This document shows, in pieces, positions 8,734 through 18,324 of a stretch of 32,000 bases of DNA; the stretch's first letter is position 1, and each line of letters starts with the position of its first letter. Location of the stretch: positions 1,350,001 to 1,382,000 of the forward strand of contig NC_008789.1 of the NCBI RefSeq assembly GCF_000015585.1, written 5' to 3'. Source of the stretch: Halorhodospira halophila SL1 (lineage in GTDB: Bacteria > Pseudomonadota > Gammaproteobacteria > Nitrococcales > Halorhodospiraceae). The translations under genes were made by a program, and so were the position numbers. Under the pieces are notes generated by a model. That model saw nothing but the letters and a program-made list of their open reading frames with translations. It was not told the DNA's origin and made no database searches.

Positions 8734-9970
8734 AACGCAACGCCTCCGCGGGCTCTGTACGCGCCGCCCGCCACGCCGGGTAGAGCGTAGCGACTAGCGA
8801 CAGCGCCAGTGCCAGTACCGTGATCCGCCCAACGTCCTCGCCGCGCAACTCCGAGGGCAGATCGCTGATGTAGTAGACGTCGGCGGGCAGGAACTCGAAG
8901 TTGAGCAACTGCTCCACCGCCGGGACGATGTTCTCGACATTGAGCGCCAGTGACACACCGCCGGCGACCCCGAGCAGGGTTCCTACCACGCCAATCACCG
9001 CGCCCTGGATAATGAAGACCGCCATGACGCTGCCCGGGCTCAGTCCCACCGTTCGCAATATGGCGATATCGGACTGTTTATCGCGGACCACCATGACCAG
9101 GGTCGAAACGATGTTAAAGGCGGCTACCGCGACGATCAGCGCCAGAATGACGAACATGACCGTTTTCTCGGTCTGCACTGCGCGGAAGAAATTGGCGTGC
9201 TGCCGGGTCCAGTCCACCACCCGGTATTGCCCCGGCAGGTCGTCGGCCACCTCGCGGGCCAACCAAGGGGCAGCCATCATATCGTCGAGCTTGAGCCGGA
9301 TCCCGCTGACCCCATCCCCCATCCCCTTGACCCGCGCCATATCCTCGATGTGGGCGATGGCCAAGGTCCGGTCGTACTCGTGCATCCCCACTTCGAAGAT
9401 ACCGGTCAGCGTGAACCGCCGCATGCGGGGCGTCACACCGGCCACGGAGACACGGGCCTCGGGGGTGATCACGGTGATGCGGTCACCCACTCGTGCACCG
9501 AGTTCGCGAGCCAGGGCCGAGCCCATGATCAGCCCGAACTCCCCGGCCTCCAGCTTGGCCTCCCCGGCGATCACCTGATCCAGGACATCGGAGACACTCG
9601 GTTCTAGATCGGGATCCACGCCACGGATCAAAGTCCCGCTGACCTGGCCCCCACGGGTCACCATGACCTCGCCATCGATGAAGGGGGCGGCACCGACAAC
9701 GCGGGGATGCCGCTCGGCGCGCTCAAGCACCCCGGGCCAATCCTCCACCTGACGCTGAGCGCCGTGGACTTCAGCGTGGGAAACCATTCCGAGGATCCGC
9801 TCGCGCAGCTCCCGCTCGAAACCGTTCATCACCGAAAGCACGGTGATCAGCGCTGCAACGCCGAGGGCGATGCCGATCATCGAGGTCATCGAGATGAAAG
9901 AGACGAAGTGCCCACGCCGCCGGGCCCGGGTGTAACGAAGGCCGATGAACAGCTCTACAGGTCGGAACAA
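8726..9970 (-). CDS. lolC: Lipoprotein-releasing system transmembrane protein, LolC/LolE family (possibly LolF-type single permease)
   Basis: The family N-terminus '[26 protein letters not shown]' begins at a TTG (plus strand 'caa' at 9968-9970), with AGAGGAG 10 nt upstream, giving a 414-aa protein, which is the typical length. The ORF-track start at 10267 adds 99 Arg-rich residues that overlap sfsA in another frame. Confidence 0.85.
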   Translation of the reverse strand: MFRPVELFIGLRYTRARRRGHFVSFISMTSMIGIALGVAALITVLSVMNGFERELRERILGMVSHAEVHGAQRQVEDWPGVLERAERHPRVVGAAPFIDGEVMVTRGGQVSGTLIRGVDPDLEPSVSDVLDQVIAGEAKLEAGEFGLIMGSALARELGARVGDRITVITPEARVSVAGVTPRMRRFTLTGIFEVGMHEYDRTLAIAHIEDMARVKGMGDGVSGIRLKLDDMMAAPWLAREVADDLPGQYRVVDWTRQHANFFRAVQTEKTVMFVILALIVAVAAFNIVSTLVMVVRDKQSDIAILRTVGLSPGSVMAVFIIQGAVIGVVGTLLGVAGGVSLALNVENIVPAVEQLLNFEFLPADVYYISDLPSELRGEDVGRITVLALALSLVATLYPAWRAARTEPAEALRYE

Positions 9971-9974
9971 CGGA

Positions 9975-10700
9975 TTACGGCTCCTCTTGATAGTGGACCG
10001 GCAGGGCGCAATCGGGCCGGATCCCGGTGGCGCTCGGATGCAGCCGGACCGCGCGGATCTCGACGCCCTCCGCCGCAGCCGCGCGCAGGGCGTCGGCGTA
10101 ACGCGGATCGATCGCCTCCGCCGGGCGCACCTCCTGCGCATCGCTGCGCTGCACGCAGAAGACCAGCGCCGCCCGCCCCCCACCACGGACCCATTCCGTG
10201 AGCACCTCCAGGTGGCGTCGTCCGCGCTCGGTGACCGCATCGGGGAACAGCGCCCGGCCGTGCTCAACCGCTGCGGTCACGTTCTTGACCTCGACAAAGC
10301 ACGGCGGTTCCCCTCCTGGATGGCCCTCTAGGAGCCAATCGGCACGCATCGGCGCATCCGGCACACGGACCTCACGCCGCCGTGACGCATAGCCCGACAG
10401 CTCTGGGAGCAGACCGGCGTCCAGCGCCTCGCCGACCAGGGCGTTGGCGCGCCCGGTGTGCACCCCCACCACCACCTCCCCCGGCAACTCGACCAACTCC
10501 CAGGTCTGAGCGTACTTGCGCCCGGGGCGCGTGGAGTGGCTGAGCCAGACTCGCGCGCCGGGCTCGGTACAACCGAGCATCGATCCGGTGTTGGGGCAGT
10601 GAACGGTCCACTGCTGACCGGAGGCGTCCTCCACATCGGCGAGGAACCGTCGGTAGCGCCGAACCAGTCGCGCCTCCGTCAACACCTGCTCGAACTCCAC
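9975..10700 (-). CDS. sfsA: Sugar fermentation stimulation protein A (SfsA family, nuclease-fold DNA-binding protein)
   Basis: The 241-aa ORF has 'LVRRYRRFLADV...TVHCPNTGSM' and 'CFVEVKNVT', which are characteristic of SfsA. Its TAA stop lies 4 nt upstream of the lolC TTG. Confidence 0.88.
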   Translation of the reverse strand: MEFEQVLTEARLVRRYRRFLADVEDASGQQWTVHCPNTGSMLGCTEPGARVWLSHSTRPGRKYAQTWELVELPGEVVVGVHTGRANALVGEALDAGLLPELSGYASRRREVRVPDAPMRADWLLEGHPGGEPPCFVEVKNVTAAVEHGRALFPDAVTERGRRHLEVLTEWVRGGGRAALVFCVQRSDAQEVRPAEAIDPRYADALRAAAAEGVEIRAVRLHPSATGIRPDCALPVHYQEEP

Positions 10701-10763
10701 GGAAAGGCTCCCGGCGCATGATCAGCGCTCAGTTTACGCGTCCGCAGCGCGCCGCTCATACCC

Positions 10764-10791
10764 TTTACATGACGCGATGATCGGGTATAGT
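10764..10791 (+). promoter_or_regulatory. Putative sigma70 promoter for aguAB
   Basis: TTTACA (10764-10769), a 16-nt spacer and TATAGT (10786-10791) sit in the sfsA/aguA divergent intergenic region. This placement argues against the ORF-track ATG at 10777 as the aguA start. Confidence 0.4.
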
Positions 10792-10824
10792 CCCGGTCGC
10801 CTTTTCGGGATCCGACCCAACGCC

Positions 10825-11937
10825 ATGTCCGCGCCCGTTCACCCCGATTGTCAGCACCCACGCCTCCCCGCCGAATGGGAAGCCCAGGCCGCGCTGATGC
10901 TGACCTGGCCCCATGCCAGCGGCGACTGGGGCGAGCACCTCGCCGCCGCCGAGGCGTGTTTCGAGCGCCTCGCCGCAGCCGCGGCGCGCTACCAGCCTGT
11001 TCTCATCGTCTGCCCCGACAGCCGCACCAGCGCGCGGGTCCGCAACCGCCTGCGCTCCGCCGGAGTCTCCCCCCAGCGCATGATCTTCACGGAGGCCCCC
11101 TCCAACGACGTCTGGGCACGGGATCACGGACCGATCACCGTCCGGCGCGCCGGCGGGAGGGCCCAGCTGCTCGACTTCCGGTTCAACGGCTGGGGCGAGC
11201 GCTATCCCGCCGATGAAGACGACCGTCTGACCCGCAGGCTCACTGAGGAGGGCGTGATTGGGGGCGAGTCGTACCGGCGGATCGAGTGGATTCTTGAGGG
11301 CGGCAGCATCGACAGCGACGGCGCGGGCACCCTGCTGACCACGACCCGCTGCCTGCTGAACCCCAACCGTAATACGGACACCGGCCGCGAAGAGGTTGAG
11401 GCCCAGCTACGCGCGCGCCTCGGCATCCGCCGCGTCCTTTGGCTGGAGTCGGGCTGGCTGTGCGGCGACGATACCGACGGTCACGTGGATATGCTGGCGC
11501 GATTCGTCGATCGGCGCACGATCGCCCACGCCGTCTGCGAAGACCCGGACGACCCCCATTACGCGCCGCTGCGGGCGCTGCGCGAGGAGCTGCAAGCCGC
11601 CCGCACCCGCAACGGTGATCCCTACCGGCTGGTCGAGCTGCCGCTCCCGGCGCCGATCCACGATGAAGACGGTAATCGACTCCCGGCGACGTACGCCAAC
11701 TTCGTCTTCGTCAACGGTGCCGTGCTGGTCCCGGTTTACGACGATCCTGCAGACGCCATCGCCTGCGCACGACTTGCCCAGGCCTGCCCAGGACGCGATA
11801 TCGTTCGGGTACCGGCCCAGGATCTCATTCGTCAGGGCGGGAGTGTGCACTGTGCCACCATGCAACTGCCAGCGGGCGTGATCATCGACGGCCTGGCCAC
11901 AGGGGCGGAGGCCACGCGGAGGGTCCACGAGGCATGA
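10825..11937 (+). CDS. aguA: Agmatine deiminase (peptidyl-arginine deiminase fold)
   Basis: 'LPAEWEAQAALMLTWPH', 'DVWARDHGP' and the C-terminal catalytic-Cys motif 'GGSVHCATMQ' identify the family. I prefer the ATG at 10825 (370 aa). The start is less certain because no strong SD precedes it. Confidence 0.88.
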   Translation: MSAPVHPDCQHPRLPAEWEAQAALMLTWPHASGDWGEHLAAAEACFERLAAAAARYQPVLIVCPDSRTSARVRNRLRSAGVSPQRMIFTEAPSNDVWARDHGPITVRRAGGRAQLLDFRFNGWGERYPADEDDRLTRRLTEEGVIGGESYRRIEWILEGGSIDSDGAGTLLTTTRCLLNPNRNTDTGREEVEAQLRARLGIRRVLWLESGWLCGDDTDGHVDMLARFVDRRTIAHAVCEDPDDPHYAPLRALREELQAARTRNGDPYRLVELPLPAPIHDEDGNRLPATYANFVFVNGAVLVPVYDDPADAIACARLAQACPGRDIVRVPAQDLIRQGGSVHCATMQLPAGVIIDGLATGAEATRRVHEA

Positions 11938-12836
11938 GCCGGAACTACCTGCTGGGCCTGGTCCAGCATCCCTGCAGCGACGACCGGCAGGCGAACCTCG
12001 AGCGTTCGGTGGCCGGGATCGCCCGTGCCGCCGAGGCCGGTGCCGAACTGGTCCTGCTCCAGGAACTGCACTGCGGGCCGTACCCCTGTTACGAGGAGCA
12101 CCCCGCCCACTTCGACGCTGCCGAACCCATCCCGGGTCCGGGCACCGAGCGCCTGGGTCAGGCCGCCGCGGAGCACGGGGTGGTCGTCGTTGGCTCCCTC
12201 TTCGAGCGTCGCGCCGCGGGGCTCTACCACAACACCGCGGTGGTCCTTGAGCGCGACGGCTCGCTCGCCGGCACCTATCGTAAGATGCACATCCCGGACG
12301 ACCCGGGATACTATGAGAAGTTCTACTTCACCCCCGGCGACCTTGGCTTCACCCCCATCGACACCTCCGTGGGGCGCCTGGGCGTACTGGTCTGCTGGGA
12401 TCAGTGGTTCCCGGAAGCAGCCCGGCTGATGGCCCTGGCCGGGGCCGAGATCTTGCTCTACCCGACCGCCATCGGCTTTGCCCCGGACGAGCCCGACGAC
12501 GAGCAAGCGCGGCAGGTCGAGGCGTGGGAAACGGTCCAGCGCGGTCACGCCATCACCAACGGTCTGCCGGTGGCGGCCTGCAACCGGGTCGGCACCGAGC
12601 CGGCCGCCCGTTTCTGGGGGCGCAGCTTTGTCTGCGGTCCGCAGGGCGAGGTCCTTGCCCGGGCCGGCGATGAGGAGACCGTCCTGGTCGTCGCTATCGA
12701 CCCGAGTCGCACCGAGGTAGTCCGGCGCATGTGGCCCTTCCTCCGCGACCGGCGCATCGAGTGCTACAGCGGCCTCACCCGGCGTTACCTCGACGAACCG
12801 CGGCACGCGGAGGACGGCGCCGGGGCGGGCTGGTAA
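11934..12836 (+). CDS. aguB: N-carbamoylputrescine amidase (nitrilase/CN-hydrolase superfamily)
   Basis: The 300-aa ORF has the CN-hydrolase triad context: 'LQELH' (Glu), 'YRKMHIPD' (Lys) and 'VLVCWDQWFPE' (Cys). It forms an ATGA overlap with the aguA stop. Confidence 0.88.
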   Translation: MSRNYLLGLVQHPCSDDRQANLERSVAGIARAAEAGAELVLLQELHCGPYPCYEEHPAHFDAAEPIPGPGTERLGQAAAEHGVVVVGSLFERRAAGLYHNTAVVLERDGSLAGTYRKMHIPDDPGYYEKFYFTPGDLGFTPIDTSVGRLGVLVCWDQWFPEAARLMALAGAEILLYPTAIGFAPDEPDDEQARQVEAWETVQRGHAITNGLPVAACNRVGTEPAARFWGRSFVCGPQGEVLARAGDEETVLVVAIDPSRTEVVRRMWPFLRDRRIECYSGLTRRYLDEPRHAEDGAGAGW

Positions 12837-12876
12837 CATGCACAGCCTCTGGTGTCCGCGAGTGTGAGGCGAACCG

Positions 12877-13263
12877 ATGCAAGAGACGGAAAACAGCCAG
12901 CTGTCGCCCAACGATACGCCCCCCGGCATCGCCCCGTGGGCGGTCTACATCCTGCACCTGGGCAGCCTGTTCATCGGCCTGACGGCGGTCATCGGCGTCA
13001 TCGTTGCCTATATGCAGCGTCGTGACGCCGCCGCGTGGGTCCAGAGCCACTACCAGTTCCAGATCAACACCTTCTGGATCGGCCTTCTGATCTTCGCGGT
13101 AGCCATCATCACCATGCCGCTCTACGGCCTGGGCTTTCTGCTCGGCGTCTTCCTGACCATCTGGCTGCTCGTGCGGTGCATTTACGGGATGCGCCAGCTC
13201 AATGCGCGCGAACCGATCCCGGACCCTGAGACCTGGCTGTTTGGCTGGAGCCGGAGCGGTTAA
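12877..13263 (+). CDS. Small integral membrane protein (DUF4870/COG3671-like, function unknown)
   Basis: The 128-aa ORF has about three hydrophobic helices and a 'QSHYQFQINTFW' motif between TM1 and TM2. GAGG lies 7 nt upstream of the ATG. The family assignment is from memory only. Confidence 0.6.
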   Translation: MQETENSQLSPNDTPPGIAPWAVYILHLGSLFIGLTAVIGVIVAYMQRRDAAAWVQSHYQFQINTFWIGLLIFAVAIITMPLYGLGFLLGVFLTIWLLVRCIYGMRQLNAREPIPDPETWLFGWSRSG

Positions 13264-13267
13264 CGAC

Positions 13268-16200
13268 GTGTTGCTCGGCGACCTGCCCCTCCCCCAACGT
13301 CCCGCCGAGCGGCGGGACTGGTCCGGGCTGCTCGGCGCTGCCCAGCCGCTGGCCATCGCCGAGGCCGCCCGGCAGCACGACGGCCCAGTCATCGCCGTTA
13401 CCGGGACGCCGCAGCAGGCCGCCGCCTTGCAGGAGGCGGTCGGCTTCTTCCTCGGCGATGACGTGCCGGTGCTCGGTTTCCCGGACTGGGAAACCCTGCC
13501 CTACGATGTCTTCTCCCCGCATCAGGACATCATCTCGGAGCGCCTGCTCGGGCTCTACCGCCTGCCGGCGATGACCCGGGGCGTGCTGGTGGTCCCGGCG
13601 GCCACGCTCATGCATCGCTTACCGCCGCGCGGCTGGTTAGAGGGCCGGTCGCTGATGCTGCATCCGGGCGACCGATTGGAGATCGAGCCCATGCGCCGCC
13701 GCCTGGAGGCCGCCGGCTATCGGTGCGTGCCGGAAGTAGGCGAGCATGGCGAATTCGCGGTGCGCGGCGCCCTGCTCGACCTCTTCCCCATGGGCGGCGA
13801 GACGCCGTATCGCATTGACCTGTTCGACGACGAGGTGGAGAGCCTGCGCCGCTTCGACCCGGAGACTCAGCGCACCACGGATCAGGTCGATGCCATCGAG
13901 CTGCTGCCGGCCCGAGAATTCCCGACGGACGAAGGCGGCATCACCCGTTTCCGCCAGGCATTCCGCGCCGAGTTCGAGGGCGATCCAGCGCGCAGCTTCC
14001 TCTATCGCGCCGTCAGCGAGGGCCGCATTCCCGGCGGGATCGAATACTACCTGCCGCTGTTCTTCGAAGAGACGGCCACGCTGTTCGACTACCTGCCCGA
14101 GGGCACCCTGGCCATCCGTCTCGAGGGCACCGACGCCACTGCAGACGGTTTCTGGCAGCAGGTCCAGGACCGTTACGAACAGCGCACCGGAGACATGGAT
14201 CGCCCGCCCTTGCCTCCGCGACGCGTCTTCCTCGACGGGGACGAGCTGCGCGCCGGGCTCAACCGCCGCCCGCAGGTGGTCCTACACGGCGAGCCGGGGC
14301 GCGGGAGCGACGCCGACGTCGACGCACTCCCCGAGCTGGCAGCTCGCCCGCAGGCGGACCGACCGTTGGAGCGACTCGAACAGTTCCACGCCGGCTACCC
14401 GGGGCGGATTCTGTTCACCGCCGAGAGCGCCGGACGTCGGCAGGGGCTGCAGGAACGACTGACCCGGTCCGGGATCGAGGCCCGATCGGTTCAGGGTTGG
14501 CGCGACTTCCTCGACGGCGACGTGCCGGCGGCCATCACCGTCGCGCCGCTGGAGACAGGCGCGCGCATCGACGGCATCGCCATCATCCCGGAGAGCGCAC
14601 TCTACGGCGAACGCGCTCGACAGAGCCGGCGACGCCGCTCGAGCGCCTCGACGGACCCGGCAGCGGTCATCCGCGACCTCTCCGATCTGCACGAGGGCGC
14701 CCCGGTCGTCCACGAGGACCACGGGGTGGGCCGCTATGTCGGCCTGCAGAGCCTCAGCGTGGGGGATGTCACCACCGAGTTCCTCACCCTGGAGTACGCC
14801 GGCGGTGACAAACTGTACGTGCCGGTCTCGGCTCTGGATCGCATCTCCCGCTACACCGGCGCCGACGCCGACGAGGCTCCTCAACACCGCCTGGGCAGTG
14901 ATCAGTGGGACAAGGCGCGCCGCCATGCGGCCAAGCGCGCCCGCGATGTCGCCGCCGAATTGCTCGATCTTTACGCGCGGCGTCAGGCCCGGGCCGGCGA
15001 TGCCTGCCTGTTCGATGACGAGGCCTACGAAGCCTTTGCGTCCGCCTTCCCCTTTGAGGAGACCCCGGACCAACAGGCCGCCATCCAGGCCGTCCTCGAT
15101 GACCTGCGCTCCGACCAGCCCATGGACCGGGTGGTCTGCGGCGATGTCGGCTTCGGCAAGACTGAGGTCGCCATGCGCGCGGCCTTCGCCGGCGTTCAAG
15201 CGGGGCGACAGGTGGCCATGCTGGTGCCGACGACCCTGCTGGCCCAGCAGCACTATCAGAACTTCGCCGACCGCTTCGCTGACTGGCCGGTGCGGATCGA
15301 GTCGCTGTCGCGCTTTACCGGCAAGAAGGGCAACGAGAAGACGCTGGCACGGATTGCCAGCGGCGAGGCCGACGTGGTCATCGGCACCCACAAGCTGCTC
15401 GGCAGTGAGGTCCAGTTCAAGAACCTGGGCCTGGTCATCATCGATGAGGAGCAGCGGTTCGGGGTCCGGCAGAAGGAACGGCTTAAGCGACTGCGCGCCG
15501 AGGTCGATGTCCTGACCCTCACCGCCACGCCGATACCGCGCACCCTGAACATGTCCATGGCGGGGATCCGGGATCTGTCCGTCATCGCCACCCCCCCGGA
15601 ACGCCGCCTGGCGGTGAAGACCTTCGTTCAAGAGTGGAGCGATGGTCTCATCCGTGAGGCGTGTCAGCGGGAGCTCCAGCGCGGCGGGCAGGTCTACTTC
15701 CTCTACAACGACGTGAAGTCCATCGAGCGGACTGCCAATCAGCTGCGGGACCTGATGCCGGAGGCACGCATTGGCGTCGCCCACGGCCAGATGCGCGAAC
15801 GGGAGCTCGAGCAGGTGATGCTCGACTTCTACCACCAGCGCTTCGATATCCTGGTCTGCACGACAATCATCGAGTCGGGGATCGACATCCCCACGGCCAA
15901 CACCATCATCATCCACCGGGCGGACCGATTCGGGCTGGCCCAGTTGCACCAGCTCCGCGGTCGCGTGGGGCGCTCCCACCATCGCGCCTATGCCTATCTA
16001 CTCGCGCCGCCGCCGAACGCAATGACCGCCGACGCGCTTAAACGGCTGGAGGCCATCTCGCAGCTCGAGGATCTGGGCGTTGGATTTGCCCTCGCCTCCC
16101 ACGACCTGGAGATCCGCGGCGCCGGCGAGCTGCTCGGTGATGAACAGAGCGGGCAGATCCAGGAGGTCGGGTTCACGCTCTACAGCCAGCTGCTGGAACG

Positions 16201-16711
16201 GGCAGTCAAAGACCTCAAGGCCGGGCGGGACCCCGCTCCGGAAGCCGAGCTCGACACCGGCGTGGAGGTCGATCTGCGCCTGTCCGCGCTGCTCCCGGCG
16301 GATTACCTGCCGGACGTACATACCCGCCTGGTTCAGTACAAACGGATCAGTAGCGCCCGCAGTGATGCCGAGCTCGAGGAGCTGCAGATCGAGATGATCG
16401 ACCGCTTCGGGCTGCTGCCCGATGCGGCGCGCAACCTCTTCCGCACGGCCTCTCTCAAACTCCGGGCCGAGGCGCTGGGCATCCGCAAGGTCGAGGCGGG
16501 CCCCTCCGGCGGCACGATCCACTTCGGCCCGCAGCCGCAGATCGATCCCGGGCGCCTGGTGCAGATGGTCCAGCAGGAACCGGGCAAGTACCGCCTGGAC
16601 AATCAGCAGCGGCTGCACCTCAGCGATGACCTGAGCGACGAGACGGCCCGATTCGAGGCGATGGAGCGGCTTCTGGAGAGACTCCACGCCAGCGAGGAGG
16701 TAGCGGGATGA
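13268..16711 (+). CDS. mfd: Transcription-repair coupling factor Mfd
   Basis: The ORF has an UvrB-homology N-terminus, a CarD-like RID ('VVHEDHGVGRYVGL'), helicase motif I 'GDVGFGKTEVA', 'DEEQRFGV' and TRG/helicase C motifs. I chose the GTG at 13268 (1147 aa), 4 nt after the upstream stop. The ORF-track start at 13202 overlaps the preceding gene. Confidence 0.93.
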   Translation: MLLGDLPLPQRPAERRDWSGLLGAAQPLAIAEAARQHDGPVIAVTGTPQQAAALQEAVGFFLGDDVPVLGFPDWETLPYDVFSPHQDIISERLLGLYRLPAMTRGVLVVPAATLMHRLPPRGWLEGRSLMLHPGDRLEIEPMRRRLEAAGYRCVPEVGEHGEFAVRGALLDLFPMGGETPYRIDLFDDEVESLRRFDPETQRTTDQVDAIELLPAREFPTDEGGITRFRQAFRAEFEGDPARSFLYRAVSEGRIPGGIEYYLPLFFEETATLFDYLPEGTLAIRLEGTDATADGFWQQVQDRYEQRTGDMDRPPLPPRRVFLDGDELRAGLNRRPQVVLHGEPGRGSDADVDALPELAARPQADRPLERLEQFHAGYPGRILFTAESAGRRQGLQERLTRSGIEARSVQGWRDFLDGDVPAAITVAPLETGARIDGIAIIPESALYGERARQSRRRRSSASTDPAAVIRDLSDLHEGAPVVHEDHGVGRYVGLQSLSVGDVTTEFLTLEYAGGDKLYVPVSALDRISRYTGADADEAPQHRLGSDQWDKARRHAAKRARDVAAELLDLYARRQARAGDACLFDDEAYEAFASAFPFEETPDQQAAIQAVLDDLRSDQPMDRVVCGDVGFGKTEVAMRAAFAGVQAGRQVAMLVPTTLLAQQHYQNFADRFADWPVRIESLSRFTGKKGNEKTLARIASGEADVVIGTHKLLGSEVQFKNLGLVIIDEEQRFGVRQKERLKRLRAEVDVLTLTATPIPRTLNMSMAGIRDLSVIATPPERRLAVKTFVQEWSDGLIREACQRELQRGGQVYFLYNDVKSIERTANQLRDLMPEARIGVAHGQMRERELEQVMLDFYHQRFDILVCTTIIESGIDIPTANTIIIHRADRFGLAQLHQLRGRVGRSHHRAYAYLLAPPPNAMTADALKRLEAISQLEDLGVGFALASHDLEIRGAGELLGDEQSGQIQEVGFTLYSQLLERAVKDLKAGRDPAPEAELDTGVEVDLRLSALLPADYLPDVHTRLVQYKRISSARSDAELEELQIEMIDRFGLLPDAARNLFRTASLKLRAEALGIRKVEAGPSGGTIHFGPQPQIDPGRLVQMVQQEPGKYRLDNQQRLHLSDDLSDETARFEAMERLLERLHASEEVAG

Positions 16712-17514
16712 GCCACCCCGACCCCGGCAAGCACAGACCACGGCGGACCTCCCCTGCGACGGCGGTGCTCAGCGCGATCCTGCTGCTTTGGATCGGCGGC
16801 GAGGGTGGAAGCGCTGCGGTGCCGGCTCAGGCCTCCGAGGCCGAGGAGTGGTACGAGGTTGAGGTCATCGTCTTTCGACAGTGGGAACAGGGGGGGCGCC
16901 ACGCCGAGCGGTGGCCGACGCGTGCCGACCTGCCGCATTATCCGCTCTGGCAGATCCCGGCTGGATGCGGGGACGACCACGCCAACCGCCAGGAACTGGG
17001 CATCGAAGACGACCCGGCAGCGGCGGAGATCGATACCGATGATCTGGACGCGGAAGAGGCCCGACTCCATTGCCTGCCCACGGAACGCCGGCGCCTGACC
17101 GCCCACTGGGGGGAGCTGACGCGCTCCGACGCCTACCAGCCCCTGTACCACCTGGCCTGGCTGCAGCCCGGTTTCGGTCGGGACCGCGCCGTAGCGGTGC
17201 CGGTGCCCTATCACTGGACCCCGCCCACCGAGGCCGAGGCCAGCGGACAGGAGTTCCGCGATCCGCGTTACCAGCCTGCGGCCTTCGGGTTGATCCGCAT
17301 CTACCGCGAGCGGTTTCTGCATGCAGTGGTGGACCTCCGCCTGCACTGGCGGGCGGTAGGGCGCGAGATTGATTCCGCGGAGCAGATCCGGGCCCCCCTC
17401 CACCGCATGAGCGAACACCGCCGGATGCGCAGCGGCGAGCTGCACTATCTGGACCATCCGGCCCTCGGTGTCCTGATGGTTATCCACCCCGCCGACCGCC
17501 CTCCGGAGGACTGA
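16708..17514 (+). CDS. CsiV-family periplasmic peptidoglycan-binding protein (probable)
   Basis: The ORF has a signal peptide (hydrophobic core 'AVLSAILLLWIGG', with 'AQA' before the mature part). 'WYEVEVIVF', 'YHLAWLQP' and 'ELHYLDHPALGVLMVIHP' resemble the CsiV family, which I recall lying downstream of mfd in other gammaproteobacteria. It forms an ATGA overlap with the mfd stop. Confidence 0.65.
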   Translation: MSHPDPGKHRPRRTSPATAVLSAILLLWIGGEGGSAAVPAQASEAEEWYEVEVIVFRQWEQGGRHAERWPTRADLPHYPLWQIPAGCGDDHANRQELGIEDDPAAAEIDTDDLDAEEARLHCLPTERRRLTAHWGELTRSDAYQPLYHLAWLQPGFGRDRAVAVPVPYHWTPPTEAEASGQEFRDPRYQPAAFGLIRIYRERFLHAVVDLRLHWRAVGREIDSAEQIRAPLHRMSEHRRMRSGELHYLDHPALGVLMVIHPADRPPED

Positions 17515-17592
17515 GGTGCACCCGGTTTCGGGGCACCGATCTGAGGCCGCGTCGGCGGGTGGCGCCGGGAGAAGCGGGGCTGGGCGCCCCGC

Positions 17593-18324
17593 CTAGCTCA
17601 GTGAGGCGATCATCTTCCGCACCGCCTCCATGCCGTGGATCAGGTGCTCGCGGATCTCGTCCATGGAGAGTTCTTCGCCATCCCCCATGCCAGCCGCCCA
17701 GTTGGCCACTACGGCACAGTGGGCGTAGCGCAACTCGGCCTCGCGGGCCAACGCTGCCTCCGGCATCCCGGTCATCCCCACCAGGTCGCAGCCGTCCTGC
17801 CGCATCCGGCGAATCTCCGCAGCGGTCTCCAGGCGCGGGCCCTGGGTCGCGCCGTAGGTCCCCCCGTCCACCGCGTCGATACCGGCGTCGCGGGCAGCAC
17901 AGAGCAGCCACTCCCGCACCGTGGCGTCGTAGGGATAGGTAAAGTCGATGTGGGTGACGTGCTCCAGATCCTGATCGTGGAACGTCGAGATGCGCGAGTG
18001 GGTGTAATCGATGATCTGGTCCGGGATGGCGATCCGGCGCGGCGCGTAGGCCTCCCCGAGGCCGCCGACGGCAGCCACGGCGATCACACGATCGACCCCG
18101 ACATGACGCAGGGCCCAGATGTTGGCCCGGTAATTGACCTGATGCGGAGGAATGTTGTGACTATGACCGTGGCGGGCCAGGAAGGTGATATTGTGGCCCC
18201 GGAACGTACCGTGAATCAGGGGGGCCGAAGGCTCGCCGAACGGGGTCCGGACCACCTCGCGGCGGGTAATTTCCAGCCCTTCCAGGGACGTCAGCCCCGT
18301 CCCGCCGATAATGCCGACACTCAT
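17593..18324 (-). CDS. mtnP: S-methyl-5'-thioadenosine / S-methyl-5'-thioinosine phosphorylase (PNP/MTAP family)
   Basis: 'IIGGTGL', 'FLARHGHSHNIPPHQVNYRANIWAL', 'HVTHIDFTYPYD' and 'GMTGMPEAALARE' identify the family. The true start is the ATG at 18324 (MSVGIIGG), overlapping the hpt stop as TGATG. The ORF-track N-terminal 54 aa is Arg-rich junk. Confidence 0.9.
   Translation of the reverse strand: MSVGIIGGTGLTSLEGLEITRREVVRTPFGEPSAPLIHGTFRGHNITFLARHGHSHNIPPHQVNYRANIWALRHVGVDRVIAVAAVGGLGEAYAPRRIAIPDQIIDYTHSRISTFHDQDLEHVTHIDFTYPYDATVREWLLCAARDAGIDAVDGGTYGATQGPRLETAAEIRRMRQDGCDLVGMTGMPEAALAREAELRYAHCAVVANWAAGMGDGEELSMDEIREHLIHGMEAVRKMIASLS

Noticed and set aside
9971-10267. 99-residue N-terminal extension of the LolC/E ORF (ORF-track start 10267)
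   Set aside because: The extension overlaps almost 300 nt of sfsA in another frame, is Arg/Cys/Ser-rich and has no family counterpart. The family N-terminus starts exactly at a TTG with an upstream SD.
11832-12929. 365-aa ORF antisense to aguB, with similar antisense ORFs at 1262-2254 (lpxK), 2349-3602 (msbA), 4982-5866 (comEC), 19456-20196 (nagZ) and 23293-24135 (glycerate kinase)
   Set aside because: All are mirror-frame ORFs inside confidently identified genes and have Arg/Pro/Gly-biased composition. They are GC-composition artefacts rather than overlapping genes.
14282-15982. 566-aa ORF antisense to mfd
   Set aside because: It lies entirely inside mfd, which has unambiguous helicase motifs on the plus strand. 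The translation is low-complexity and rich in Gly, Ala, Arg, Asp and Leu, with no recognisable motif. Long antisense ORFs are expected in GC-rich DNA because stop codons are AT-rich.
17515-17592. Two GC hairpins between convergent csiV and mtnP (about 17515-17537 and 17576-17590) as possible terminators
   Set aside because: The first stem has a bulge, and neither stem is followed by a convincing U-tract on the relevant strand. They may still be Rho-dependent or weak terminators, but I cannot support calling them features.
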